Below are positions 1 through 41,500 of a stretch of 64,000 nucleotides of DNA, in pieces. The DNA is from Octopus vulgaris (taxonomy: Eukaryota). Below the pieces are notes generated by a model that searched no databases, had not been told where the DNA came from, and saw nothing but the letters and a program-made list of their open reading frames with translations. Each line of letters opens with the position of its first letter. The first letter of the stretch is position 1. The position numbers and the translations under genes are program-made. The stretch lies in contig OX597830.1 in NCBI GenBank assembly GCA_951406725.2, forward strand, positions 55,924,001 to 55,988,000. Direction: 5' to 3'.

Positions 1-58
1 TAAAGGTGGCACTCCAGCATAGTTGCAGTCAAATAAGTGAAACAAGTAATATATATAT

Positions 59-92
59 ACTAGCAGTATAACCCAGCCTTGCCCAGGATTAA
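59..92 (-). mobile_element. Helitron-like 3' terminus remnant
   Basis: Reverse complement ATCCTGGGCAAGGCTGGGTTATACTGCTAGT: GC hairpin followed by CTAG-T. Confidence 0.45.
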
Positions 93-448
93 GTTACGAT
101 TATTAAGCTAATCAAGTTTTATTTCAAACCAAACTAAGTAATATTGACATCAAATTTGGGTGAAATCCATTGAAATTGGTTTATATATATTGCATATGTT
201 TTTTGCCAAATAAACTCATGCACTATATATTTGTTCTTCACTCATTTATTGCTGTTCTTATTGTAATTCATGTCCATTGTCCGGAAATCTTTCGTCACAC
301 ACCTGTGACCTCTTCGATAACACTTTTCATCTTTGTGTGTGCTCTTGCTCCACTTATTTCATTCTGCTCTTCAATTCATATAACTGTATATTATTTTTCA
401 ACTAATTTGATTTTTTTTTTTTTCCAGCAGATACCATTCTACAGAAAA

Positions 449-2119
449 ATGTTGCAACATTTACTGATTGTTACTTGGCTGTTTGGTGCTACATTAACAT
501 CGTATGCTTTGAATTATTCACCAGACTCTATCAACTTGAACTGCTTCAACTGTACCTACAGCAATGTCACCTTCTTTCAACTGTCATATAATAATATTTC
601 CTCTATTTCAATTACTAACAACAATATGCTGCAACTAAATTTCAATCAAAACCAAAATGATTCCATACTTATCAACCTCGGGTCGATGCCCAATCTTCAA
701 GGACTAAATGTATCCAACAACAAGTTGTTAGATTTTCCTTACAGTTTACTCAGCTACCCAAAATGGCAAACACTAGATATCAGTTCCAATGGAATTATTT
801 ATCTAACCAAGCCAATAGTAACAAACAGCCTACATCTACATCTACAAAATAACCAAATACAGGAACTTTCTGACAGCCTTTTCCAGGATTCTCCAAATCT
901 GGAAATACTGGACTTGTCTAATAACAAATTAAAACAGATCAAACTGGAAACATTTAGCAATCTAAAAAATCTTTCAAGTTTGAATTTATCAAAAAATCAA
1001 ATTCAAACAATTTATGGCCCCTTGTCCCTTTCTAAGCTCAACAGTTTGGATCTGTCTGAAAATTTAATCCAAGCCCTATCAAAAAACATGTTCAGTGAAG
1101 TCCCGTTAAACCTTAATGAACTTGACCTCAGTCATAATAAACTGACTGAGATTTCGTCAGATGCTTTCATTCAACTTTTATCATTGAAAGATTTTTCTCT
1201 ACAAGGAAACAATATAACAAAATCTATAAACTCTCTCCGTTTGCCGTACCATTTGATAAACTTCGACTTGAGTAACTGTTCACTACAGGAAATTGATCAG
1301 TGCAAATTCCAAAATCTAAAAGACATCCAAAATTTAAACATTGAGCATAATTCTCTGCTTTGTAACTGTCATTTGAATTCAATTATAAACATGTATGGTT
1401 CTTCAGTTCACATCAAGACCTGCAGGAATTCCAGCGAAGAGATAGACAAAGCACTCATTAATAGTTTGGAATTAAATTGCAAGCCCCAAACTTGTAACAA
1501 CTGGAATCCAAATATCAACTCTGATGCTTCTTCCAATTTGAATGTTAGCACCGAAATTGAGAAAGGCCGGGTGAGAATTAAGTGGATGACAAGTTTGATA
1601 GTGAATCAGTTCCATGTTTCAATCAAAGACTCGTCAGAAAATCAGTTAGAGGACATTACACTGAAATACGAACATGAATATTCGTTTGATACTGACTCCG
1701 CATTTGTCACGTACCACATATGTGTCAACGCTCTGGACAGAGACGACGACGTCATTTCAAAAAAATGTATCAGTGTTTTCATGAAGGATGCAAACATGAT
1801 AACAGGAATTGTGGCAGGGTTATTAGCATTGATACCTTGTGTTTTTGGATTAATTTATGTCACGTGTAAAGATCGGAACTACCACAGACTAAACAGCAAT
1901 ATGCAGACCATTACAAAACCAGTACAGAAATCTGATCTTCAGCAAACTAATGACAAGAAGGTACCAGCTAAACTGGCAGCACCACAAGGAAATCACAATC
2001 AAGGGTTTCAGTCGGATAATGATAAATTAAACTCACAATATGAAAATGTAGAGAAACTACCTCAAACTAGTGTAGAAATTCCAGAAAATCCTAACAATAA
2101 CCAACTTACATATCTATAA
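449..2119 (+). CDS. Leucine-rich-repeat type I transmembrane protein (signal peptide, LRRs, LRRCT, FN3-like domain, TM helix, short tail), 556 aa, single coding exon
   Basis: ATG at 449 follows a T-tract/CAGCAG acceptor (410-430). Signal peptide MLQHLLIVTWLFGATLTSYA; repeated LxxLDLSxNxL; NSLLCNC LRRCT; W...YHICV FN3-like segment; TM MITGIVAGLLALIPCVFGLIYV; AATAAA at 2329-2334. Confidence 0.88.
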   Translation: MLQHLLIVTWLFGATLTSYALNYSPDSINLNCFNCTYSNVTFFQLSYNNISSISITNNNMLQLNFNQNQNDSILINLGSMPNLQGLNVSNNKLLDFPYSLLSYPKWQTLDISSNGIIYLTKPIVTNSLHLHLQNNQIQELSDSLFQDSPNLEILDLSNNKLKQIKLETFSNLKNLSSLNLSKNQIQTIYGPLSLSKLNSLDLSENLIQALSKNMFSEVPLNLNELDLSHNKLTEISSDAFIQLLSLKDFSLQGNNITKSINSLRLPYHLINFDLSNCSLQEIDQCKFQNLKDIQNLNIEHNSLLCNCHLNSIINMYGSSVHIKTCRNSSEEIDKALINSLELNCKPQTCNNWNPNINSDASSNLNVSTEIEKGRVRIKWMTSLIVNQFHVSIKDSSENQLEDITLKYEHEYSFDTDSAFVTYHICVNALDRDDDVISKKCISVFMKDANMITGIVAGLLALIPCVFGLIYVTCKDRNYHRLNSNMQTITKPVQKSDLQQTNDKKVPAKLAAPQGNHNQGFQSDNDKLNSQYENVEKLPQTSVEIPENPNNNQLTYL

Positions 2120-5080
2120 ATATTTTCTTTTATGTCAGAACATTGGTGGATACTGAAAACAAAAACTGTTTCTGTTTAAACTTTCACCATACATAATACT
2201 AACAATGTCAAATGTAAAAACAATGTATTCATATAGAGTAGAGAGTCTTGTCTAAGGTCTCCTTCCTCTTCATTTCATGATATTGACTGGTGTTAGATTA
2301 AATTGATGCATTCATGATGAAATGATAAAATAAAATGTGATTTACTGAATATTTAAAACAGAGAGTGGTTGGATGCAATACAGGGTGACCTATTGAAAAA
2401 GGTCGTAAAAAAAACCAGTTCGAACAAAATTCACAATCTTTATAACAGAACTCAGCATTTTTGAATGCTAAAAGATTACATTGGAACATTTAAGGAAGAA
2501 TTTTACCACAGAAAAAAAATTAATAATAAATCTAAAAATAAAAAAATTCCTTTTAAATTTTGTTTATTTTCATATTTTTTCATACATTATTTTTATCTTC
2601 TAATCAACAGGAGCAAGGCAAGACCTTCAAGACAAGCAGGAGTGAGGGAGTTATCTTTAAATCAGAGATCTAACCTGAATGCTTGCAATCGAAGGGACCC
2701 TGCTAAAGGCACCCAAGGACTATGTCATCAAGTAAACTGGATGACAAATTAAGTTTCATACTCCAAGTAGGTCCTAGTAGGATTTGAACTCAAAACACAA
2801 AAAGGCTGAACAAACGCTACAAGGAATCTGACCCCAAAGTTCTACCAATTCACTGCCACTGGACTGTTACACTATTTTATCAACCCCTTAAAGCAGTGGT
2901 TCTCAACCATTTTTTACCTATAGACCTCTTTGATTCCTATTTCCTTCAGATGGATTGTCCGAGCCATTCAATGTTTAAAAAATCACATTATATTTTTGTA
3001 ACTAAATAATCTTAGGAATTATAAAAAAAAAAACTGTTAAAATATTTTGTGTATTGTAGAAGTATAACCAACTTAATGCACATAAATTTTAGCAACAAAA
3101 TCTTATAAGGACCCTCCCCCACCCAGGGTGGGAGAGGGGTCCTTATCCCTTTAGCATTCAGATAATTTTGTCAAATGTAACGCTGATTTATTCACATTGT
3201 TTTGACTTAATCATACATTATCTCATAGTTTTGAGCAACAGATGATGTGATAATTTTCTTTAGAATGACATTGTTGGGTAGGTGTGAGTGGCCAAACCTG
3301 CCCAGTTTGAACATAAAACAGGGAGAATATTTAAGTCAGAAATGGCCAGTTTAAATACTAAAAGGTTAAAGGATGGACAGCAAAGTTGATCTCTGTGGGA
3401 ATTGAACTTGGGGTGCAAAGATTCAGAATAATACCACGAGGTATTCTATCCAAGACTCTAACCACTCGGCCAAATCACCTTCAATGTAAATAATGTAGAA
3501 GTTCAACTATGACAAAATTTTAGAGTACAACAAATAATGATTTCAAATTTCAGTAAAAGGCCTGCAATTTTCGGGGAAGGAGGTAAGTCAATTCCATCGA
3601 CCCCAGAGTTCAACTGATATTTTATTTTATCAACAATGAAAGGATGGAAAGCAAAGTCAACCACAGTGGTGTTTGAACTCAGAACATAAAGAGCCAAAAA
3701 AAAAAAAAAAAAGGTTGTTTAGCATTTAATCCTATGTGCTAAAGATTTTGCCAGTTCACCACTTTAATAATAACAATAATCCTTTCTGATATAGGCACAA
3801 GGTCTGAAATTTGGGAAGAGTTGGGGGTTAGTCGATTACATCGACCCTAATCCTCAACTGGTACTTATTTTATTGACCCTGGAAGGATGAAAGACAAAAT
3901 TTACTTCAGCCAAATTTGAACTCAGAATGCAAAGAGCTGGAAGAATGTTGCTAAGCATTTTGTCTGACACATTAACAAATCTGTCAGCTCATCAACTTAA
4001 TAACGATCCTTTCTACTATAGGCACAAGGCCTGAAACTTTGGGAGAAGGACTAGTCAATTACATTGATCCCAGTGCTTGACTGGTACTTATTTTTATCAA
4101 CCCCAAAAGGACAAAAGGCAAAGCCGGCCTTGGCTGTATTTGAACTCAGAATGTAAAGACAGAGAAAATGCCACTAAGTATTTCACCTGGCGTGCTAATG
4201 ATTCTGCCACCTTGCTGCCTTTCATCAACTTAATAATAATAAACCTTTCTGCTATAGGTAAAAGACCTGAAATTTTGACCCTGAAAGGGTGAGAGGCAAA
4301 ATCAACCTTGACAGCATTTGAACTTAGGACATTAAGACAATTTTTATTTTTTGTATAATCTCTCTCTTTCTATTGATTGCATTCAACCATTACCATCATC
4401 AGTAACACCACCAACATCACAACTGCCATACACACACCATTCAGACTTCTGACACCACCACCATCATCAACGACTTTGACTTCACTGCCTTCCTCCCCTC
4501 CACCACCATCATCACTGTCTTTCATATCCCTTACTATCACCGTCATGCTTGACCACCTCAGCTACCATCACCATCACCATCATCACTGTCGCTTCCACCC
4601 CTATCACAGCTCATACTATTACTATCATCCCATTACCATCTCAACTATCAATCTACTACTGCCCTCACTGTCTCTATGCCTACTATTACTCTCACCCCAA
4701 CATGAGGATTAGTAGCAGTGTCATTTAATAGTGAGAGAGGGGGTCAAAGTGTGACATACTGACACACAGAAATTCGTTTTGGCATTTATTATTACAGATG
4801 ATAATGGTTTCAAATTTTGGCACAGGGCCAACAGTTTTTGACGGGAGGCAGAAGTCAAGTACTTGACTGGTGCTTATTTTATTGACCCTGAAAGGATGAA
4901 ATGTAAATTTGACCTCAGCAGAATTTGAACCCAGAACATAAAGATGGACAAAATATCGCAAAGTATTTTGTCCAGCACACTAATGATTCTGCCAGCTTGC
5001 CACCTTCATAATACTAATAACAACAACATCAACAACAGCAGCAGCAGCATAAAAGATAAATAAGTAATTTGAGTACTTAC

Positions 5081-34636
<29,556 letters not shown>

Positions 34637-35326
34637 CTTCAGAGGATAGGTGCGAATCGAGAACTTGATCGGTCGATGGTTCGTCAAGTACACTAGTTTT
34701 TAAAAATTACTCTTTTTGTCTAATAATTTCTAAAACAGATTGGTAAAAAGGAACGTTGTGACGTTCACACTTTCCCCAAGGTCATTAGCAACTTTAATGG
34801 ACTGAGTACACAATATCTAAACAGCAAACCCGGGATTGCCGGGAGTTCTGAGTTCCTAATAAGCGGCGTTCCACGATGTTTGTATACAAAAATTTGATTA
34901 CACGGTTATATCAGACGGTGAATATCAAGTCATTTTGGGCAGCAACAATGTAAATACAAATAAATATAATTTTCAAACCTCTACTTTCAATTTTCTGAAG
35001 CGTTTTCTGTCTAAAAGTGGAAACAAAAACATTTCAAACAACGACATAGCGCCATGTTGTTTTTCTCTGTCTTCAGAAGTTATAAACACCGCTAATAAAG
35101 CTAGTGTTACTTTCGTCTTTTTACTTTCGTTACGAAAAACACTTGAAATCTTAAAATCATATTTGGCGATGTTTAAATGTAATAAAAAATTAATGATCTT
35201 GATCAAAATTTATATTTCTTTTCTATTGGTTTCTTATATTTTTCTCCTTCACGCTACTTAATAAATACGAAAACAATTAGTTTCTCAAACCTCACACCAT
35301 TGCCACGGAGACATAAAAGCGTCAAA
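34637..35326. promoter_or_regulatory. Putative bidirectional promoter/5'UTR region between DHX38 and the LRRC69-like gene
   Basis: Divergent ATGs 690 bp apart in a repeat-free, relatively CpG-rich stretch. TGACGT at 34759-34764; YY1-like CGCCATGTT at 35050-35058; X-box-like ATTGCCACGGAGAC at 35299-35312. Confidence 0.6.
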
Positions 35327-35503
35327 ATGGTGACTCCAATAATTGGACGTATCTTAAATAGCCGTAGTACAACACTTGATTTGTCACAAAAACATTTGAG
35401 AATTTGTCCAGATTTGATATGTCAGCTACGTAAACTACAGAAAGTTATACTGACAAACAATGAACTGAATGAACTTCCAGACGATTTCGGAAACTTAAAA
35501 CAA
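35327..35503 (+). CDS. LRRC69: LRRC69-like exon 1
   Basis: MVTPII...LDLSQKHL...LTNNELNELPDDFGNLKQ; gtgaga donor. Confidence 0.85.
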
Positions 35504-38500
35504 GTGAGAGAAAAAACAAACAAAAAAAAAGAAATCAAAACATTTAAGTGCATTGACATCATTCCTTTAGTCATTAAAACATCTCTATTAATTAAGGCAT
35601 CACATCGCATGGTCATCCACATTGTATGATATTTATTTCTCCAAAAATCTAGGGGGGGGGTCTGCTACGGAAATAGAAATGAGTATCGTTTTTGTTGTTC
35701 AATACCAGATTATCCCATATTGAGTAGGAATGAGATGAAAGGTACACCAGCCATGATCATTCGCATTTTCATTCATACAGGTTTGTCCTTTACAGGTGCT
35801 GGTATCACATAAAATGCACTCATGCTGGTACGATGTAAATATACCTGTGCTAGTGGCACACAAAAAGCACCCAGCACTCTCTGTAAAGTAGTTGGCGTTA
35901 GGAAAGGCATCCAGCCATAGAAACCATGGTATAACTGACAACTGGAGTCTGGACAGCTCCCTGGCTGGCCAGCTCCTATCAAACTGTCCGACCCATTCCA
36001 GCATGTAAAATGGATGTTAAATGGTGGTAGTGGTAATGATGATGATGATGATTAAGAATGAGAAATGTCCTTCCATTTTTAAAAAGTGAAATGTAACCAG
36101 AGAAACAGACATGGAAACTCCTGTATCAGCTTCTCTTCATAAGACCCTTGTAGCAAATAAATGAAATTATTATCATTATTATTATTATCATTGTTGTTGT
36201 TGTTGTTGTTGTTATCCTCATGCTGGTGGCACGTAAAAGCCCCCACTACACTCTCAGAGAGGTTGGTGTTAGGAAGGGCAACCAGCTGTAGAAACTCTGC
36301 CAGAACAGATTGGAGCCTGGTGCAGCCATCAGGTTCGCCAGCCCACAGTCAAACCATCCAACCCATGCTAGTATGGAAAGCAGACATTAAACAATGATTA
36401 TTATTATTATTATAAGAAGTAATAATAATAATAATAATAATAATAATGATGATGATGATGATGATAATAAATATTTAAACCAGACTTCAAAATTTTGAAT
36501 ATATATTTGTCTTTTTTTATGATTTTGCTTATTTTTCTGCTATCCTACAGCTACAATTACTAGATATTGCTGGCAATGAGTTCCAGATTCTACCAGTCCA
36601 AATTCAACATCTTCCGAATCTAAAGAAGGTACTAGCATACAGAAATAAAATAAAAAATTTACCTCCAGGAATATTCGGTAAGTATCCCCGAATATTTAGG
36701 TGCAATTGGAGTATTATCATGAATGTGTGTGATTATGAAAGCAATAAATACAAAAGGAAAGAAAACAATGTATGAGAGACAAGTTTATCAAATGTCATAT
36801 TAGTTTAACACTTAAAAGAAAGGGAAAGAGCTTTGACAGTTTGGACACTAGTCTTTCATCATCATCATCATCATCATTGTTTAACGTCTGCTAGCATGGG
36901 TTGGCTGATTTGACTGAGGACTGGCAAACCAGATGGCTGCACCAGGCTCCAATCTGATCTGGTGAAGTTTCTACAGCTGGATGCCTTTCCTAATGCCAAC
37001 AACTTCGAGAGGGAAGTGGGTGCTTTGACGTGTCACCGGCATGAGGGCCAGTCAGGTGATACTGGTAATGGCCACGCTTAAATGGTGTTTTTTACATGCC
37101 ACCTGCACAAGAGCCAGTCCAGGGGCACTTGCAATGACCTCACTTGAATATTTTTTCACGTGCCACCGGCACAAGTGCCAGTTAGGCAATGCTGGTAACA
37201 ATCATGCTCGGATGGTGCTTTTTACATGCCATCAGCACAAGCAAACATGAATAAAGATTAGGAGAGAAAAACAGGCAAGGAATTAGGAACCAAGTTGGAA
37301 TGCAGTTCAAAGGGTAAGGGTAAAGACCCCACTTTCATTATGAATGACTATAGGATTACACCTAGAAAGTTCCCCTCCAAGGCACAAGTCCAGGCAAGCT
37401 TATTTATGGAAAACAAGCAGTCACATATGTATACCAGTCTCTCCTCCCCATACCACTGATGTTATCCAGGGGAAAAACAAAGGCTGGTACAGCTTGGCAC
37501 CAGTGATGTCGCAACTCATTTCTACAGCTGAATGATCTGGAGCAATGTGAAATAAAGTGCCTTGCTCAAGAACACAACATACCACCCAGTCTGAGAATTG
37601 AACTCACTACCTAATGATTGTGAGCACAACACTCTAACCACTGAGCCATGTACTTTCATTACAATGTGGTGAATGTAAGCTGGAAGGAGAGAGCAGGGAG
37701 GTGTGCATATAGGGACGAATTGATGCATTGAAATGGGGATGTGTGAGTTTTTTGCTATGTATGTGTTGAGGTGCATATGTGTATAATAGGTTGCAGAATA
37801 GCCTCCACCTTCCAAATACAGGTAGGAAATACCTTGTTACAAAGAAGAGCACTGTCTGTTGCATTTTATGATAAACAAAATATTTATTCTTTTCATACAC
37901 AAAAAGAATGCTGTCATTACTATGAAGGACAAAACATTGAGAGAGTTTGAATGTTATTGTTCCTGGTGTGATTGTAACAGCAGTCAAAGTGTGGTAAGTT
38001 GCTGTCATCATTCATCTAGTATGCTGGTGTTGCTGTCATCATTCATCTAGTATGCTGGTGTTGCTGTCATCATTCATCATTATTTAACTGCAGTCACCTT
38101 GGGTAAGCAGCTGTCCAAATGTGTTTTCGATCTGTCTGCCATCTCATCTCTGCTGTCTGTCAATACTCGCTGTCAAATAGTCAAGATGTGCTGAATTTAT
38201 AGTACTGGATAGGCTCCAAGAGAAAGGCACAAAAGGATGGAATTGTTGTTAGATCCACTTCTAGGTGAAGTTGGGATTGGTTAGAATTTTTTATATTATG
38301 TGGGTATTATTCTTGAAAACCATAACATCTGGTGTAGTGATCTGACTACTGAATATTCCCACTACAGTCTAAATAACATAAAAAACAAGTAAAGAAACTT
38401 ACTGACCAACTAAAACATACCACCTACTTACATTCTTTTGTGAATCCTTAAAAATTCCATTACAACAAAGCTGAAACATAATTAAATGCTGGATTAAACT

Positions 38501-41500
38501 TTGAACTTTGACCTTTACATTACCATAGTAAAATATCAAATCCAATAAAATCAAAAATAAATACTGCTGGCCAAAATCTTCCTCTACCTACCTACTTCAT
38601 TTTTGTGAACCACTAAAAACACAATCCTATAACCTGAAGCTGACACACATAAATATACACACCTGTTTTTCAAAGTTCTACATGCAGGAATAAATTCTGA
38701 ACAATAACATAACCCTAAATCTAATCAATAAAAGTTTCTTCGCAACAAGTCTCCATTACAACCCATCCTACAGTCTAATTGCCATTCAACTGAACCTCAA
38801 CAGAGACTATATAAATCCAAGATTAACTTCATGCATCACAGTCCAACGAGGGCTAGCAGTAACTTCAAAGTCACTGTCAATATTATTCTTGTTAAGAATA
38901 TTAAATTTGGGATCTTTTCAGTTTGACCAGCAGTTTTTTCTAGCGGTGTCATATGAAATTGTCACCCATAATTATGACCCTAGTATCAATCTATTCCATT
39001 TCAATCTGTTTTAGGATTAAGGTTCGAGTTAGGGTTAGGGGTGGGGGGAAGGGTATCTTTTTTTCTTCGGAAATGTAAACAAACCCAATCTGTTTCTTAA
39101 ACGAGGGACGTATTCATACGGCACAGAATGTTTTCACCTCAATAGATGTCATTGATTGGTTGAAATTGCAGAAATTGAAGAAAAAAACAACAAATATCTT
39201 ACAAACTATAGAATTTTCTCAATAAAGCCAAGAGAAAAAGATGTTTTATAAAAACATTCTACCAGTATACGATGTTTAAAAGTATTTAGTTACGTGGAAA
39301 TTATTTTTAAAAACTACCGGTCAAACCGAAAAGATCCAAATTTGTACTCAACAAAGTATGGAGTAGCTCTTCAGATTATTATAAAATTATTTTGTTATAA
39401 ATGAACATAAAAACAAACATCAATACACACACACTTTGATGATAGATACATTATATTTCAACAAGTGTTTGCTTCCAGGAGGACTAAAATCCTTAACTGT
39501 GCTGAATCTTAACAAGAATGAACTTCACAGAATCCCAGCTGAAATTGGTGGGTAAGTGAGAATTGTATTTATCACTGATATCATAACCATGAATTGTTGG
39601 TATACTAAAAAAAAAAAAATTGATTGAAAAGATATTTATTTAACTTGGAGAGCTCTCGATATGTGATATAAATATATGAGATAGAAAGATGGCTGTGTGA
39701 TAATGCAAGACATCAGAGTAACATGTGGTGATATGTGTGTGTGTGTGAGAGAGAGAGAGAGCAAGATGTGTATATGATATCCAGAAATATTTAAGTGATA
39801 TGAAAAATTTAGGCGTAGGAGTGGCTGTGTGGTAAGTAGCTTGCTTACCAACCACATGGTTCCAAGTTCAGTCCCACTGCGTGATACCTTGGGCACGTGT
39901 CTTCTACTATAGCCTCGAGCCGATCAAAGCCTTGTGAGTGGATTTGGCAGACGGAAACTGAAAGAAGCCCGTCGTATATATGTGTATATATATATATATA
40001 TGCATGTGCGTGTATATGTTTGTGTGTCTGTGTTTGTCCTCCCCAACATCGCTTGATAACCGATGGTGGTGTGTTTACATCCCCATAACTTAGCGGTTTG
40101 GCAAAAAGAGATCGATAGAATAAGTACTAGGCTTACAAAGAATAAGTCCTAGGGTCGATTTGCTCAACTAAAGACGGTGCTCCAGCATGGCCACAGTCAA
40201 CTGACTGAAACAAGTAAAAGAGTAAAGCGTATATGTAAAGGCCGATGGTCAAGTGGATAGGGTGTTGCACTCATGACCACAAGATTATGGTTTCAATTCC
40301 TGAACCAGGCAGTGCATTGTGACCTTGAGCAAAACAGATCATTTCACATTGCTTGCAATCCACTCAACTGCAAATGAATATCTCTGTGGTGGACCAACGT
40401 CTTCTTCAGAGGCAGTAATGTGGTCTTAATCACTCATACTGCAGAGAAACTGGGTAACCAGCCTGATGATGACTGTAAAATAAATTAATGCGCCCTTTAA
40501 AGCCTAGCCAGGCTCATGGACCTGGTTTCCTGGTTTCAATGGGGTATGTGTTCCCCAGTTGCCAGTCCATTGCAGCGTTACTCATTTTTGCCAGTTGAGT
40601 AGACTGGAGCAATGTAAATTGAAGTGTTTTACTCAAGAACATAACGCGTTGCCCGGTCCAGGAATCGAAACCACAATCTTACGATCATGATGTTGACACT
40701 AGGCCACATGCCTCCACTGATGATTACTGTGGCTCGTGATAAAACTAACTACTACTAAAGATGTCTATGTGATATACAGAAATATCATCATCATCATAAT
40801 CATCATTTAACACCTGTTTTTCCATGCTGTCATGGGTTATTTGACCTAAGCTGTTAAGCTGAAGGGTTGCAGCATCCTCCATTTGTCTGTTTTGACTTGA
40901 CTTTTATGTTTGGATACCCTTCCTAACACCAACCATTCTACAGAGTGTACTGGGTATCTTTTACATGTCACCAGCACACGGGTTCCTTTTATGTGTTACC
41001 GCCATGGTTACAACCATGGATTCACTTAGCTTGACATGTATATTCAAGCACAGAAATTTGCCTAAAGTTATGGTCACTTGTCATTGTCTCTGAGAGACTC
41101 AGCAAAAATAGATGAGATATTGAAAGCTATGTAAAATGAAAGGATTTCTGAAGTGCTCTGAAATGTGCGTGCGTGCATGTGTGTAATATGCTTAAATATC
41201 AGTATGATACGAAAAAATATTTATAAAATTTCAAGAGATATCTAGGTGACTTGGTAATATATTTAAGACTTTTGAAGATATACACATGCATTATATGTAG
41301 AAATGTCTGCGATATACAGAGATGTGTATGTGATATGGAGATATATTTATGAGATACGGATTTATGTATGTGATATACTGAGAAGTGTATGTGATACGAT
41401 AAGCTATGCAGGTGCTATACAGAAAGATGTCTGTGATATATAGAGATATGTATGAGATGTGCTCATGAAAATAATCTGGTATTTTGTAAGCTAAATACAT

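Noticed and set aside
170-448. N-terminal 93 aa of the 649-aa ORF
   Set aside because: Starts at TTG and runs through a polypyrimidine tract/acceptor; it is intronic read-through. The signal peptide starts at ATG 449.
4377-4712. Pro/Ser/Thr/His-rich 111-aa ORF
   Set aside because: Degenerate CAC/CAT low-complexity intronic tract with no splice or homology support.
34935-35261. Overlapping 108-aa (+) and 77-aa (-) ORFs in the divergent promoter
   Set aside because: Non-ATG starts, no recognisable domain, AT-rich composition.
39010-39050. Telomeric or interstitial telomere repeat
   Set aside because: Only two perfect TTAGGG units, located inside a MITE.
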